A stretch of 64,000 nucleotides of DNA from an uncultured Pseudomonadota bacterium (GTDB taxonomy: Bacteria; Oederibacteriota; Muellerivitia; Muellerivitales; Muellerivitaceae), in NCBI GenBank assembly GCA_963770835.1, contig CAVYRH010000003.1:160001-224000 (forward strand). The letters are read 5' to 3'. A model generated the notes under the pieces. It had not been told where the DNA came from, ran no database searches, and saw nothing but the letters and a program-made list of their open reading frames with translations. The position numbers and the translations under genes were made by a program. Each line of letters opens with the position of its first letter. Positions within the stretch are counted from its first letter, which is position 1. This document shows positions 52,354 through 62,065 of the stretch, piece by piece.

Positions 52354-53337
52354 ATGAAAAAAATCCTCGTCAACGGCGCCGGGGGGTTCATCGGCGGGCA
52401 CCTGGTGAAGCGGCTCAAGGCCGAGGGGAATTGGGTGCGGGGCGCCGACCTGAAACAGCACGAATACTTCAAGCTTCCCGCCGACGAGTTCCTCCAGGGC
52501 GACTTGCGGGACCAGGCTTTCGCCCAAAAGGCCGTGGGGGGCATGGACGAGGTGTACCAGCTGGCCGCCGACATGGGCGGGGCGGGTTACATCTTCACCG
52601 GCGAGCACGACGCCGACGTCATGCACAACTCGGCCACCATCAACCTGAATACCCTGCATTTCGGCCGCCTGGCCGGCGTGAAAAAAATCTTATATTCCTC
52701 CTCGGCCTGCATCTACCCGGCCCACAACCAGGAGGACCCGGACAACCCCATCTGCTCCGAGGACTCGGCCTACCCCGCCAACCCGGACAGCGAATACGGC
52801 TGGGAGAAGCTGTTTTCCGAGCGGCTTTACTTCTCTTATATGAGGAACTACGGGCTGGAGGTGCATGTGGCCCGGTTCCACAACATTTTCGGGCCCGAGG
52901 GCACCTGGGACGGGGGCAAGGAAAAGGCCCCGGCGGCCATCTGCCGCAAGGTGGCGCAGGCCCCGGACGGCGGGGAGATCGAGATCTGGGGGGACGGCTT
53001 GCAAACCCGGTCTTTCCTTTACATCGACGAGTGCCTGGAAGGCGTGCGGCGGATGATGGAATCCAAGGAGCCCGGCCCCCTCAACATCGGCTCCGAGGAA
53101 ATGGTGACCATCAACGGCTTAGCCCAAATGGCCATGGAAATCGCCGGAAAGAAGCTTTCCATTAAGCATATCCCCGGCCCCCTGGGCGTGCGGGGCCGCA
53201 ATTCGGACAACCGCCTGATCCAAAAGAAACTGGGTTGGGCGCCCAGCCGGCCCTTACGGGAAGGCATGGAAAAGACCTACCGGTGGATTGAAAAGCAGGT
53301 CCAGGCCAAAACCACCGCATCACCCAAGGGAAAGTAA
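52354..53337 (+). CDS. NAD-dependent epimerase, GDP-mannose 3,5-epimerase-like
   Basis: GAGGFIG, LAADMGGAGYI, SSACIYP, YGWEK, RFHNIFGP.GTW.GGKEKAPAA.CRK, GVRGRNSDN. Confidence 0.88.
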   Translation: MKKILVNGAGGFIGGHLVKRLKAEGNWVRGADLKQHEYFKLPADEFLQGDLRDQAFAQKAVGGMDEVYQLAADMGGAGYIFTGEHDADVMHNSATINLNTLHFGRLAGVKKILYSSSACIYPAHNQEDPDNPICSEDSAYPANPDSEYGWEKLFSERLYFSYMRNYGLEVHVARFHNIFGPEGTWDGGKEKAPAAICRKVAQAPDGGEIEIWGDGLQTRSFLYIDECLEGVRRMMESKEPGPLNIGSEEMVTINGLAQMAMEIAGKKLSIKHIPGPLGVRGRNSDNRLIQKKLGWAPSRPLREGMEKTYRWIEKQVQAKTTASPKGK

Positions 53338-53340
53338 GAC

Positions 53341-53952
53341 TTGGCCGCTTCCGCCCGTACGGGGTTGAAATTCACCCATAAGTTGTTTCTGGCCGCCGCC
53401 CTATTCCTCTTTTGCCTGGGTCTGGCCCAGGCCCTTTATTACGCTTCGGTTTTCGCGAACCTGCCCACCGTCATCCCCCCGGCGGACATGATCCTCATTT
53501 ACAGCGGGCCCGATGACCGCACCGAAATCCTGAGAGATTGGGGGGATAAGCCTTCCCCCCTCTTCCTGCTCTCGGGCCAGGATTACACCGCCTGGAAACT
53601 GCAGAGGGAATTGAAGTCGGGAAGGCCGATGCTGGTGGAGGATTGGGCCCGGACCACAGACCAGAACGCCCGTTATTGCGCGCCGATTGTCCTGAAAAAA
53701 GGGGTTAAACAAGTGGTGTTGGCCCTGCCCTGGTACCACCTGCCCCGGGCTATGTTTTTGACCCGCGTATATTTAAGGGGTACGGGCGTGACGGTGGCTC
53801 CTTATGCCACGGTGGCAGTGCCCAGCGGATGGTACCTTCGCCCGATCTTCTGGATCGAGATGGTCAAGTTTTGGGGCAGCCTGATGCGGGTGGGGCTTTC
53901 GCACTTCGGCGTCCAGGATTTCCCCCCTCCCACCGGCGGCTTTTGGGGATAA
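53341..53952 (+). CDS. YdcF/DUF218 (ElyC/SanA-like) protein
   Basis: N-terminal TM, LLSG, E..ARTT.QNA, YHLPRA, E..K. Confidence 0.75.
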   Translation: MAASARTGLKFTHKLFLAAALFLFCLGLAQALYYASVFANLPTVIPPADMILIYSGPDDRTEILRDWGDKPSPLFLLSGQDYTAWKLQRELKSGRPMLVEDWARTTDQNARYCAPIVLKKGVKQVVLALPWYHLPRAMFLTRVYLRGTGVTVAPYATVAVPSGWYLRPIFWIEMVKFWGSLMRVGLSHFGVQDFPPPTGGFWG

Positions 53953-53976
53953 GGACCGGGGTTGCGGGCTATGCTG

Positions 53977-54135
53977 GGTCGTGACTCAGTTTGAGTTGGA
54001 TAACCTTAAGGCACCCCTCACCCTACCCTCTCCCCCAAGGGGCGAGGGTTTTTTAGTGGTATTTCCCCCTCTACCTTGAGGGGAGAGGGCGGGGTGAGGG
54101 TGGAGTAACATTTTTTTTCAAACTGATGCACTACC
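53977..54135. mobile_element. MITE-like element, copy 1
   Basis: TIRs ggtcgtgactcagtttga / tcaaactgatgcactacc enclosing a REP-like doublet; near-identical to 60179-60337; no TSD seen. Confidence 0.75.
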
Positions 54136-54200
54136 GATACTTGGAAAACATTGTCTGGTTTTTGAAGCTCCTTTATATAATGAGGTTCCAAGAGGAAAAC

Positions 54201-54392
54201 ATGGCCCAACCTAAAGACGAAGCCCTCCAAATCATCCAAAACCTTCCCGAAGACTCCACTTTCGGGGATATCCAATACCACCTTTACGTCCGTGAAAAGG
54301 TGGAAAAAGGCCTGAAGGATTTTGAGGCGGGACGCACCCTGACCCAAGCCCAAGTCGAAGAAAAAATGGCCAAATGGCTCAACCCGCAATGA
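54201..54392 (+). CDS. Small antitoxin-like protein of a type usually paired with RelE/ParE; no toxin follows
   Basis: LPED.TF.DIQYHLYVREKVEKGL.D.EAGR..T..QV. Confidence 0.65.
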   Translation: MAQPKDEALQIIQNLPEDSTFGDIQYHLYVREKVEKGLKDFEAGRTLTQAQVEEKMAKWLNPQ

Positions 54393-54697
54393 TGAGGAAA
54401 CTGTTCTTAGCCTTGGCATTATGGCTGGCCGCCGGGGGGGCGCAGGCGGCCTATTACCACAGTTTTTTGGGGATGGACGACTATTACTGGTTCGACTTGA
54501 CCGGGAGCTGGGTGGTGAGCGACGTCACGACGAAGGTTCTCCCCGAGGACCTCAAACCCCTCGGCCCTTGCGCGGTCTTCGCGGGGGACGCGATTTATGA
54601 GGGCCTCAAGAATCCGACCCCCAACGACATCGGCCTGGACCTGGCCCTGGACGCGGCGGGATGCGGCTTATCCTACATCATCAACATCAAATGGTGA
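54389..54697 (+). CDS. Small secreted hypothetical protein
   Basis: Signal peptide ending AQA; overlaps the upstream stop. Confidence 0.55.
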   Translation: MMRKLFLALALWLAAGGAQAAYYHSFLGMDDYYWFDLTGSWVVSDVTTKVLPEDLKPLGPCAVFAGDAIYEGLKNPTPNDIGLDLALDAAGCGLSYIINIKW

Positions 54698-54847
54698 GAG
54701 GCGTCTCCCCCCGCCTTCGGGGGCCCGGTAACCCCCAGTTTGCCCCCTTCTTTCTGTGACATCCGTCATATTCGTTTTTGGATTACGGATGTAAATTCTA
54801 ATTAGTAGATAACAAACAAAACCGAAGCGGTGACAGCGAGTGAACGC

Positions 54848-54881
54848 GCTCTCCATGAAAATCAGGGAGGGCTTTTTTTTT
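54848..54881 (+). terminator. Terminator-like hairpin ~50 nt upstream of the 54931 start
   Basis: gctctcc-N11-ggagggc followed by T9. Confidence 0.5.
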
Positions 54882-54930
54882 GAGCTAGGCAGGTTAACTG
54901 TTTTACCGAACGCCGCCTAAGGATAAGCCA

Positions 54931-57900
54931 ATGAAAAAGGGAAAAATTTTCTTTTTTGCGGGTCTCCGCTTCACCTTCCTCATTTCCTTATTGGCGGCTT
55001 CCCAGGCCTTTGCCACGACCCGTTACGTGGGCCCGGCCGCCAGCGGGGTCACCTACACCACGCTGACCACGGCCATCGCGGCCTGCGCCACCGGCGACAT
55101 CGTCGTCCTCCTGCAGAACACCAATGAGAACGTCACCTTTCCCGCCAACTATGGAAAAAAAATAACGGTCGAATCGGACGCCACCGGCAGCGTGACCCTG
55201 ACCGCCGCCGGACGCACGAGGACGATCAATTATTCCGGGGCCGGCGTGAATCCCACGATCGATTTCGGGAACGTCAATACCAACGGTTACGGGATCACCT
55301 TCATCAACCTCATCATCAACAACCAGACCACGGGGGCATCGGGGGGTGTTCCGGTCAATTTGGACGCCAACAACCCCAATACCACGGGTTCGGTGGTCTT
55401 CCTCAACTGCGAATTCCGCCGGGACACGGCGACCGCGGGAAACGGCATCCTCGTCAGCCAGACGGGCGGGCAGCCGGGCGCGGCTTACGCCTTCCAATTC
55501 ATCCGGTGCGACTTCAGCGGCAACGCCGCGACCGGCAACACCCTGGCCGGGCTTTACCTGGGCAGCAACGGCAACCAGCCCAACGGGCATCCGTCCTGGT
55601 ACGTGGAGAATTCGGTGTTCCACGACATGACGGCCGCGAATTCCGCCGGCATCAGTTGGGGCTATTCCACCGCCAACACCGGGCCCGACGCATCCTTCAA
55701 CAACGACACCTTCTTCAACTGCGTGTGGGGCATTTCCTCCAAGGGCCCGATGAGCGTGACCAACTGCGTTTTCGCCGCCAATAGCACGGGGGACTTCACC
55801 TTCAACGCCACGGGCAACGCCATGAAGAACTCCCTATTCTCCAACGACACCTTCTACAACCGCCCCACCCAGACCCTGACCCCGGTCTTCACGGCCTGCA
55901 TCACCGCCACGCCCACCTTCTACCCGACGGAGTTCGTGAACAGCACGGTGGGGTCCGAGAACCTCAACCTGGCCCCCGGGGCCCGGTCGGTGGATACGGG
56001 CAAGACCATCGCCCCGGTGCCCGCCAGCGGGATCTTCGCCGCCGGCGCGATCGACCACGACAGCACCGCCCGGCCGCAGGGGCCCGCCTGGGACATCGGC
56101 GCCTATGAGTACACCCCACCCACCCCGACGCCTTCCAGCACCCCGAGCGGCACGCCGACCTTCACCATCACCAACACCCCCACGCCCCTGGTTACCAGCA
56201 CACCTACGGACAGCCCCACCTCGACGGCCAGCTCGACGCCCACCTCAACCACGACCGACAGCCCGACCCCAACGGCTTCCTCAACGCCCACCTCCAGTTA
56301 CACCGCCTGTACCGACGGCAGCGGCAACACCTGCACTTTCACCACCACGCCCATGCCCACCAACACCCCGACCGATTCCCCCACTGACAGCGCCACCAAT
56401 ACCCCCACCGTCACCCTGACTTCGACGCCCACTTCTACCCCGACCAACTCGACGACCTCCACGGCCTCCTCCACCCCCAGCTCCACGCCCACCGTGACCA
56501 ACACCCCCAGCGGGCCCCCGGTGACCATCCTGGGGACGGGCAACACCTATACCACCCTGCAACTGGCGGTGGCGGCGGTTTCCGGCGGGCAGACCATCCA
56601 GGTCAACGGCCCCACCACGGAGACGGTGGCCTTCGGGGCCGGGGGAAAATCCTTCACGGTGCAGACCAACGGGTTCCCCCAGACGGTCAACCTCAACGCC
56701 AACATCACCGAGGACACCCAGGGCGGCACCATCAGTTTCACCAACATCGCCTTCAACCACCTGGTGGCCGTCACCACCCTGTTCACCAACAGCTGGGGCG
56801 CCGCGCCCGTTTCCTTCATCAACTGCCAGTTCCTATCCACCCAGACCGACGATGTGTTGCCGGTCTCGGGTTACGGCTACAGCCTGATCCGCAGCCAATT
56901 GGTGGGCAATACCAACTCCACGGCGGGCATCAACCTGAAGACCGGCAACAATTCCGTGACCCTGGTGGATTCGGTCATCCAGGATGTGGGCAACGGCGCC
57001 GGGGTGACGGAAAGCGGGGGAGGGAACAACACCAAGAACCTCTATTATTTCGACGATTTCGTCAACAACCAGGCCGGGATGAGCATCCCGACGGCCAACG
57101 ATTCCTGCGCCGTCACGGACTGTATCTTCATGTCCACGGGCGCCACCGACGTGGCCTTCACCAGCGGCAACGGACCCATCAACTTCGACTATTGCACTTT
57201 TAAGACCCCGCCCACCGCCACGGGCATCCTTACCCTGGGGACCCACAACAAGACCTCGACCGCCGCGGCCGAGTTTATGAACGCCGCCGTGGGCAGCGAA
57301 AATTTACAATTGGTTTGTTCCGCCCTTTCCCGCCTGGCGGGGGTGGCGGTGGCCGGCATCAGCACCGACAACCTGGGGACGGCCTTGAATGTACCCCCGG
57401 ACATCGGCGCTTTTGCCTACACGGGCCCTAATTGCACCCCGACTAATTCGTCCACCTCCACCCCGACGGGCACCCCGACGAATACGGCCACCAACACGCC
57501 TTCCTTTACCCCCACTTCCACAACGACGGATACCCCCACCATTACCCTCACTTTCACCGTAACGGATACCCCCACGGAAACGCCGACGTTGACGCCGACC
57601 AACACGGCTACGTCAACGGCCAGCGACACACCGACTTCCACCGCCAGCGATACCCCGACCCCCACGGCGACCTTCACAATTACGGATACGCCCACCGTCA
57701 CCCTCACGTTCACGGCTACCCTGACGCCCACCGATACGCCGACCTCGACGGCCACCTCGACCCCCGACCCTACCGACACATCTACTTCGACGGCTACGTC
57801 CACCGCTTCCAACACTTCCACGCCTGATCCCACGGACACGCCAACGGATTCAGCGACACCGTCACTGACCCCGACGGCCACGCCTTCGTTGACCTCCACG

Positions 57901-59118
57901 AATACGGCTACAGAAACGCCGACGGATTCGATGACGCTTAGCCCGACAGACTCCCCGACTCCAACAGCCTCATTGACGCCGACTGGGACGGCGTCCCCCT
58001 CCGCTTCGTCCACGCCTTCGCCGACACCCCAGGATACGGCGACGGATACATTGACGGCTACGCCGTCCAGTACTCCCCCGGGCACCGCCACACCGACAGC
58101 CACGAACACACCCGTTAACACCACGACCGATACCACGACATTAACCGCGACGGATACGCCGACAGGTACGCCAACGGCGACGCCCACGCTCACCGCTATG
58201 GATACGCCTTCGCTAACGTCCACGAATACGGCTACGGATACGCCGACGGATTCGATGACGCCTAGCCCGACGGATTCCCCGACCCCAACAGCCTCATTTA
58301 CACCGACTGGGACAGCGTCCCCCACCGTTTCGACTACGCCTTCGTCGACACCCTCGGATACCGGCACTCAAACAGCCACCAATACCGCCATGAATACCTC
58401 CGTTAACACCACGACCAATACTGCGACGGATACGCCAACCGATACGCCAACGGCAACGCCCACGCTCACCCCAATGGCAACGCCTTCGCTGACGTCCACG
58501 AATACCGCAACTTTCACCACCACGAATACGCCGACGGACTCGGCCACGGCGACCGCTACTTTGTCGCAGACGGCTACCGCCTCAGCCACGCCATCCTTGA
58601 CACCCACGAATACGGCCACGGATTCAACGACGCCTACGGTGTCCTTTACCGCTTCAGCGACACCTTCGTCGACGGCCACCCCGTCGCCTACCGCCACCTT
58701 GACCTTCTCGGCCACTGCCACGCCTTCCAATACCCCTACCGCCACCCCAACTTCCACCACGACCTCAACCGCCACAGGGACGCCCGCCGCCAGCTCGACT
58801 TCCACGCCCACCGGCACCCCCATCGCGGCCGTGGCCGTCGCCACGCCCCTGCTTTACCCCAATCCGGTCAATGGGCCGGGACCGGCCTTCATCCAGGTGG
58901 GTTTTGGGAGCAACGAAGCTTGGGTTGAAATGAAGGTTTTCACGACGGGGTTCCGGAAGGTGAAGGACAAAACACTGGAGAATGTCGCCGCAGGGATCAA
59001 CAACCTGCCGCTGGACTTGAACGATGACTGGGGGAAGCCGCTAGCCAACGGTCTTTACTACGTGGTTCTTACCACGCCGGAAAATAAATACGTCCTGAAG
59101 CTTTTAGTCCTGCGGTAG
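54931..59118 (+). CDS. Giant secreted protein: two beta-helix (pectin lyase fold-like) modules, Thr/Pro linkers, C-terminal FlgD-Ig/T9SS-CTD-like domain
   Basis: Signal peptide; both modules start YTTL..A and end DIGA(Y/F); C-terminus LYPNP...LANGLYYVV...KLLVLR. Confidence 0.8.
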   Translation: MKKGKIFFFAGLRFTFLISLLAASQAFATTRYVGPAASGVTYTTLTTAIAACATGDIVVLLQNTNENVTFPANYGKKITVESDATGSVTLTAAGRTRTINYSGAGVNPTIDFGNVNTNGYGITFINLIINNQTTGASGGVPVNLDANNPNTTGSVVFLNCEFRRDTATAGNGILVSQTGGQPGAAYAFQFIRCDFSGNAATGNTLAGLYLGSNGNQPNGHPSWYVENSVFHDMTAANSAGISWGYSTANTGPDASFNNDTFFNCVWGISSKGPMSVTNCVFAANSTGDFTFNATGNAMKNSLFSNDTFYNRPTQTLTPVFTACITATPTFYPTEFVNSTVGSENLNLAPGARSVDTGKTIAPVPASGIFAAGAIDHDSTARPQGPAWDIGAYEYTPPTPTPSSTPSGTPTFTITNTPTPLVTSTPTDSPTSTASSTPTSTTTDSPTPTASSTPTSSYTACTDGSGNTCTFTTTPMPTNTPTDSPTDSATNTPTVTLTSTPTSTPTNSTTSTASSTPSSTPTVTNTPSGPPVTILGTGNTYTTLQLAVAAVSGGQTIQVNGPTTETVAFGAGGKSFTVQTNGFPQTVNLNANITEDTQGGTISFTNIAFNHLVAVTTLFTNSWGAAPVSFINCQFLSTQTDDVLPVSGYGYSLIRSQLVGNTNSTAGINLKTGNNSVTLVDSVIQDVGNGAGVTESGGGNNTKNLYYFDDFVNNQAGMSIPTANDSCAVTDCIFMSTGATDVAFTSGNGPINFDYCTFKTPPTATGILTLGTHNKTSTAAAEFMNAAVGSENLQLVCSALSRLAGVAVAGISTDNLGTALNVPPDIGAFAYTGPNCTPTNSSTSTPTGTPTNTATNTPSFTPTSTTTDTPTITLTFTVTDTPTETPTLTPTNTATSTASDTPTSTASDTPTPTATFTITDTPTVTLTFTATLTPTDTPTSTATSTPDPTDTSTSTATSTASNTSTPDPTDTPTDSATPSLTPTATPSLTSTNTATETPTDSMTLSPTDSPTPTASLTPTGTASPSASSTPSPTPQDTATDTLTATPSSTPPGTATPTATNTPVNTTTDTTTLTATDTPTGTPTATPTLTAMDTPSLTSTNTATDTPTDSMTPSPTDSPTPTASFTPTGTASPTVSTTPSSTPSDTGTQTATNTAMNTSVNTTTNTATDTPTDTPTATPTLTPMATPSLTSTNTATFTTTNTPTDSATATATLSQTATASATPSLTPTNTATDSTTPTVSFTASATPSSTATPSPTATLTFSATATPSNTPTATPTSTTTSTATGTPAASSTSTPTGTPIAAVAVATPLLYPNPVNGPGPAFIQVGFGSNEAWVEMKVFTTGFRKVKDKTLENVAAGINNLPLDLNDDWGKPLANGLYYVVLTTPENKYVLKLLVLR

Positions 59119-59148
59119 GTCCTGATAAGCCATCACCCCACCGCCCTG

Positions 59149-60090
59149 TTAGTAATACGGGGTTTTATAAATCTCCGCTTCCGATTGGAACCCATCGGCG
59201 ATAACGGTGGATTTCAAATTCGCTTGGTCGACGACGGTGGGGGAAAAGAGGATGCTGGGAACATCCTTCCGGCCGTTGTGGACCTTTTGGATTTCACCGG
59301 GCAAGGGTTGCTTATTCGCAAAGGCCACCGCCGCCTCGGCCGCCCGGGTCGCCAACAGCTTGACGGGCTTGTAAACCGTCATGCTTTGGGTCCCCTCCAT
59401 GATCCTTTGGCAGGCGGCCAGGTCGGCGTCCTGGCCGGACACGGGGACCTTCCCCCGCAGGGAATAGCTCTCCAGCGCCCGAATGACGCCTCCCGCAGTC
59501 CCGTCGTTCGAGGCCACCACCGCGTCCACCTGGTTCTGGGTCTTCTTTAAGGCTTCCCGGGTGATCACCAAAGCCTCCAGCGGGAACCAACCCCTGACCC
59601 AATGGTCCCCGATAATCCGTATGTCCCCCCGGTCAATGGCGGGTTGAAGGGCCTTCATCTGGCCCAAGCGGCAGTGTTGGGCGTTGGCGTCCGTGGAGGG
59701 CCCCCCGATGAGGAGGTAATTCCCCCTGGGGACGCGTTCTTGCAGGTAGCCGGCCTGTAATTCCCCCACCTTGACGTTGTCAAAGGAAACGTAAAGGTCC
59801 AAATCACAATCGATGATCAGGCGGTCGTAAGCGATCACCGGGACGCCCGATTGGTGGGCCGCATTGACCACATGGGCCGCTGATCCCGCGTCGGAGGGGA
59901 TCACCACCAGGGCCTGGACGCCTTGGGACGCCAGGTCCCCTTCCTGGATGCCCCGGGCGACCTCCTCGAAGTCTTCCTCTTGCAGGGATACCTCCGCGCC
60001 CAGCTCCTTGGCCCTGGCGATAAACAAGGCCTTGTCCTTTTTCCAGCGGTCCTGAATCAAACCGATGGAAACCAATAGCCTAATATGCAT
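59149..60090 (-). CDS. XylF-like sugar ABC substrate-binding protein without signal peptide
   Basis: RW.KD, VPVIAYDRLI, YVSFDNVKVG, ASNDGTAGG, SGQDADLAA.QRI..GTQSMTVYKP. Confidence 0.85.
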   Translation of the reverse strand: MHIRLLVSIGLIQDRWKKDKALFIARAKELGAEVSLQEEDFEEVARGIQEGDLASQGVQALVVIPSDAGSAAHVVNAAHQSGVPVIAYDRLIIDCDLDLYVSFDNVKVGELQAGYLQERVPRGNYLLIGGPSTDANAQHCRLGQMKALQPAIDRGDIRIIGDHWVRGWFPLEALVITREALKKTQNQVDAVVASNDGTAGGVIRALESYSLRGKVPVSGQDADLAACQRIMEGTQSMTVYKPVKLLATRAAEAAVAFANKQPLPGEIQKVHNGRKDVPSILFSPTVVDQANLKSTVIADGFQSEAEIYKTPYY

Positions 60091-60178
60091 GAGCTATTCC
60101 TTGCCTTGGGATGAAACAATCTTGAAATTCCCGGAACTTTTCACGGAAGAACGGAACCCGCCATTCGATGGCTTTTCT

Positions 60179-60337
60179 GGTAGTGACTCAGTTTGAGTTG
60201 GACAACCTTAAGGCACCCCTCACCCTACCCTCTCCCACAAGGGGCGAGGGTTTTTAGCGGTATTTCCCCCTCTCCCTTGAGGGGAGAGGGCGGGGTGAGG
60301 GTGGAGTAACATTTTCCTTTCAAACTGACGCACTACT
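60179..60337. mobile_element. MITE-like element, copy 2, with 8-bp target-site duplication GCTTTTCT
   Basis: TIRs ggtagtgactcagtttga / tcaaactgacgcactact; GCTTTTCT at 60171-60178 and 60338-60345. Confidence 0.85.
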
Positions 60338-60458
60338 GCTTTTCTTGATGTGACTTTTATCCTACATCTTGGACGTTGTCCGTGGCTTATTCAAGCCGGT
60401 CCCTTCATTATCACCGGTCCGAAGATTCCCGGCCGTTGCCCTTGAGTTACACGGAAGG

Positions 60459-61934
60459 TTAGCGGCCTTGGGCCACCAGGAGCTGGGGTAGGGTTTTCGC
60501 GGAGGCGGGGGTCCCCGGGGACTTTTGGGCTAGGGCCGGGTGGACCGGGTTTTTCTTTCCCCTCAAAATTCCGTACTTCGCCTTGGTGGCCATGATCCGG
60601 TCATAAGCCAGGTCGATGCTTTTTAAGGGGACCTGGCCCGAAACCACCGCCTTGACCAGGCTGTCCATGACCCGCCGTTCATAGTTATCCGTCACCAAAA
60701 GCACGTCCACGCCCGCGTTGACGGCCTGCACCACCGACACATCCAGCGGGTAGCGCTGTTTGATGGCGTCCATCCGCAGGTCGTCCGAGATCACCAGTCC
60801 CTTGTAACCCAGTTCCCCCCGCAGGACCTTCTGGATCATTTCCGGGGAAAGGGAGGCGGGGAAATAGGGGTCCACGCACTTGTAGACCACGTGGGAAAGC
60901 ATGATGGCGTCCAGCAAGTGGTTCTGGATGAGGGCGCGGTAGGGCACCAGGTCCAGGCTTTCCAACTCGCCCAGGGGCACGTCCGTGACCGCCACGCCCT
61001 CATGGGGGTTGGCGGAGGCTTCGGTCTCGGTGGGGAAATGCTTGGCGGTGGCGATGATGTTCTTGGCCCGCATGCCCTTGACGATCTGAAGGGCCATGGC
61101 GGAGACCAACTGAGGATCGGAGCCCAGGGAACGATGGTATTTGGAGATCACCGAACCGGCGAAGCCCCGGTCGATATCCACCACGGGCGCCAGGTTCAGG
61201 TTGGCGCCCACGGCCCTCAATTGCTGGCCGCTCAAGAGGCCGAAGCGGTAGGCCAGGCCGGGGTTCTTGGTCTTGCCCAGGGAGGCCAGGGAGGGAAGCC
61301 TTTGGAAGCCTTCCGATTCCTTGAAGCGGCGCACGGACCCGCCCTCCTGGTCCACGGCCACGAAAAGGGGAGTGGGCGAGTTCCGCTGGATTTGGGAGAT
61401 GTAACCCGAGATTTGTTTCTTATTCCGGACGTTCTGGTCGAAAAGGATGACGCCCCCGATCCAGCCGGCGTTGAGCATCATTTTTTTCTGGCCGGAAAGC
61501 CTCGTGCCGGGGACGCTGACCATGATCATTTGGCCGATTTTTTTCCGCAATCCCGCCATTTCGACCGGGCCCAGGCGAAGGGCGGCCAGGGGACGCGGGC
61601 CTTGCCGCCGGAGCGTTTCCACGAAGGGCGGCAGGTGGCCGATGTGGGGGTCCAGGCCAAGGGCCATGGAGTAATCGAAGAGCGCGGCCTGGTCCTGGCC
61701 CTGGAGGTAAAAGCAATTGCCCGAGAGCAGCCAGGGGCCCGCCGAGCCGGGGGCGTTGCCGAGGGCAAGGTTCGCGAGGCGCTCGGCGAGGAAATAGTCT
61801 TGGCGGTTGAAGGCGGCTCGGGCGTCCTCGAATTGGAGATTGGCTAGCGGACGGGAGCCGTTGGAGAGGGGAACCGCATAAGGGAAGTAAAGAGTCAATA
61901 AAGCGGAAAGGAAGAGGATGGGCCGACGAACCAT
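60459..61934 (-). CDS. Secreted TPR plus GH3 (NagZ-like) glycoside hydrolase
   Basis: GGVILF, VDQEGG.V.R, NLAPVVD, KHFP, PASLS, ISDDLRM, AGVDVLL. Confidence 0.88.
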   Translation of the reverse strand: MVRRPILFLSALLTLYFPYAVPLSNGSRPLANLQFEDARAAFNRQDYFLAERLANLALGNAPGSAGPWLLSGNCFYLQGQDQAALFDYSMALGLDPHIGHLPPFVETLRRQGPRPLAALRLGPVEMAGLRKKIGQMIMVSVPGTRLSGQKKMMLNAGWIGGVILFDQNVRNKKQISGYISQIQRNSPTPLFVAVDQEGGSVRRFKESEGFQRLPSLASLGKTKNPGLAYRFGLLSGQQLRAVGANLNLAPVVDIDRGFAGSVISKYHRSLGSDPQLVSAMALQIVKGMRAKNIIATAKHFPTETEASANPHEGVAVTDVPLGELESLDLVPYRALIQNHLLDAIMLSHVVYKCVDPYFPASLSPEMIQKVLRGELGYKGLVISDDLRMDAIKQRYPLDVSVVQAVNAGVDVLLVTDNYERRVMDSLVKAVVSGQVPLKSIDLAYDRIMATKAKYGILRGKKNPVHPALAQKSPGTPASAKTLPQLLVAQGR

Positions 61935-62065
61935 AATTTGATTTTATCAGAGCGGGTACCCGCTGTCAGCTTCCGATGTTCGCGACGGCCCTCAAGAAGG
62001 CGCGAGCGGCACCGCGCCAAGAAAGAGTTGATTCAGAGTGAAGGGGGAATTATTCTGATTCCACT

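Noticed and set aside
61940..62060. tRNA or ncRNA in the GH3-pyrD divergent spacer
   Set aside because: No cloverleaf, T-loop consensus or recognisable Rfam motif.
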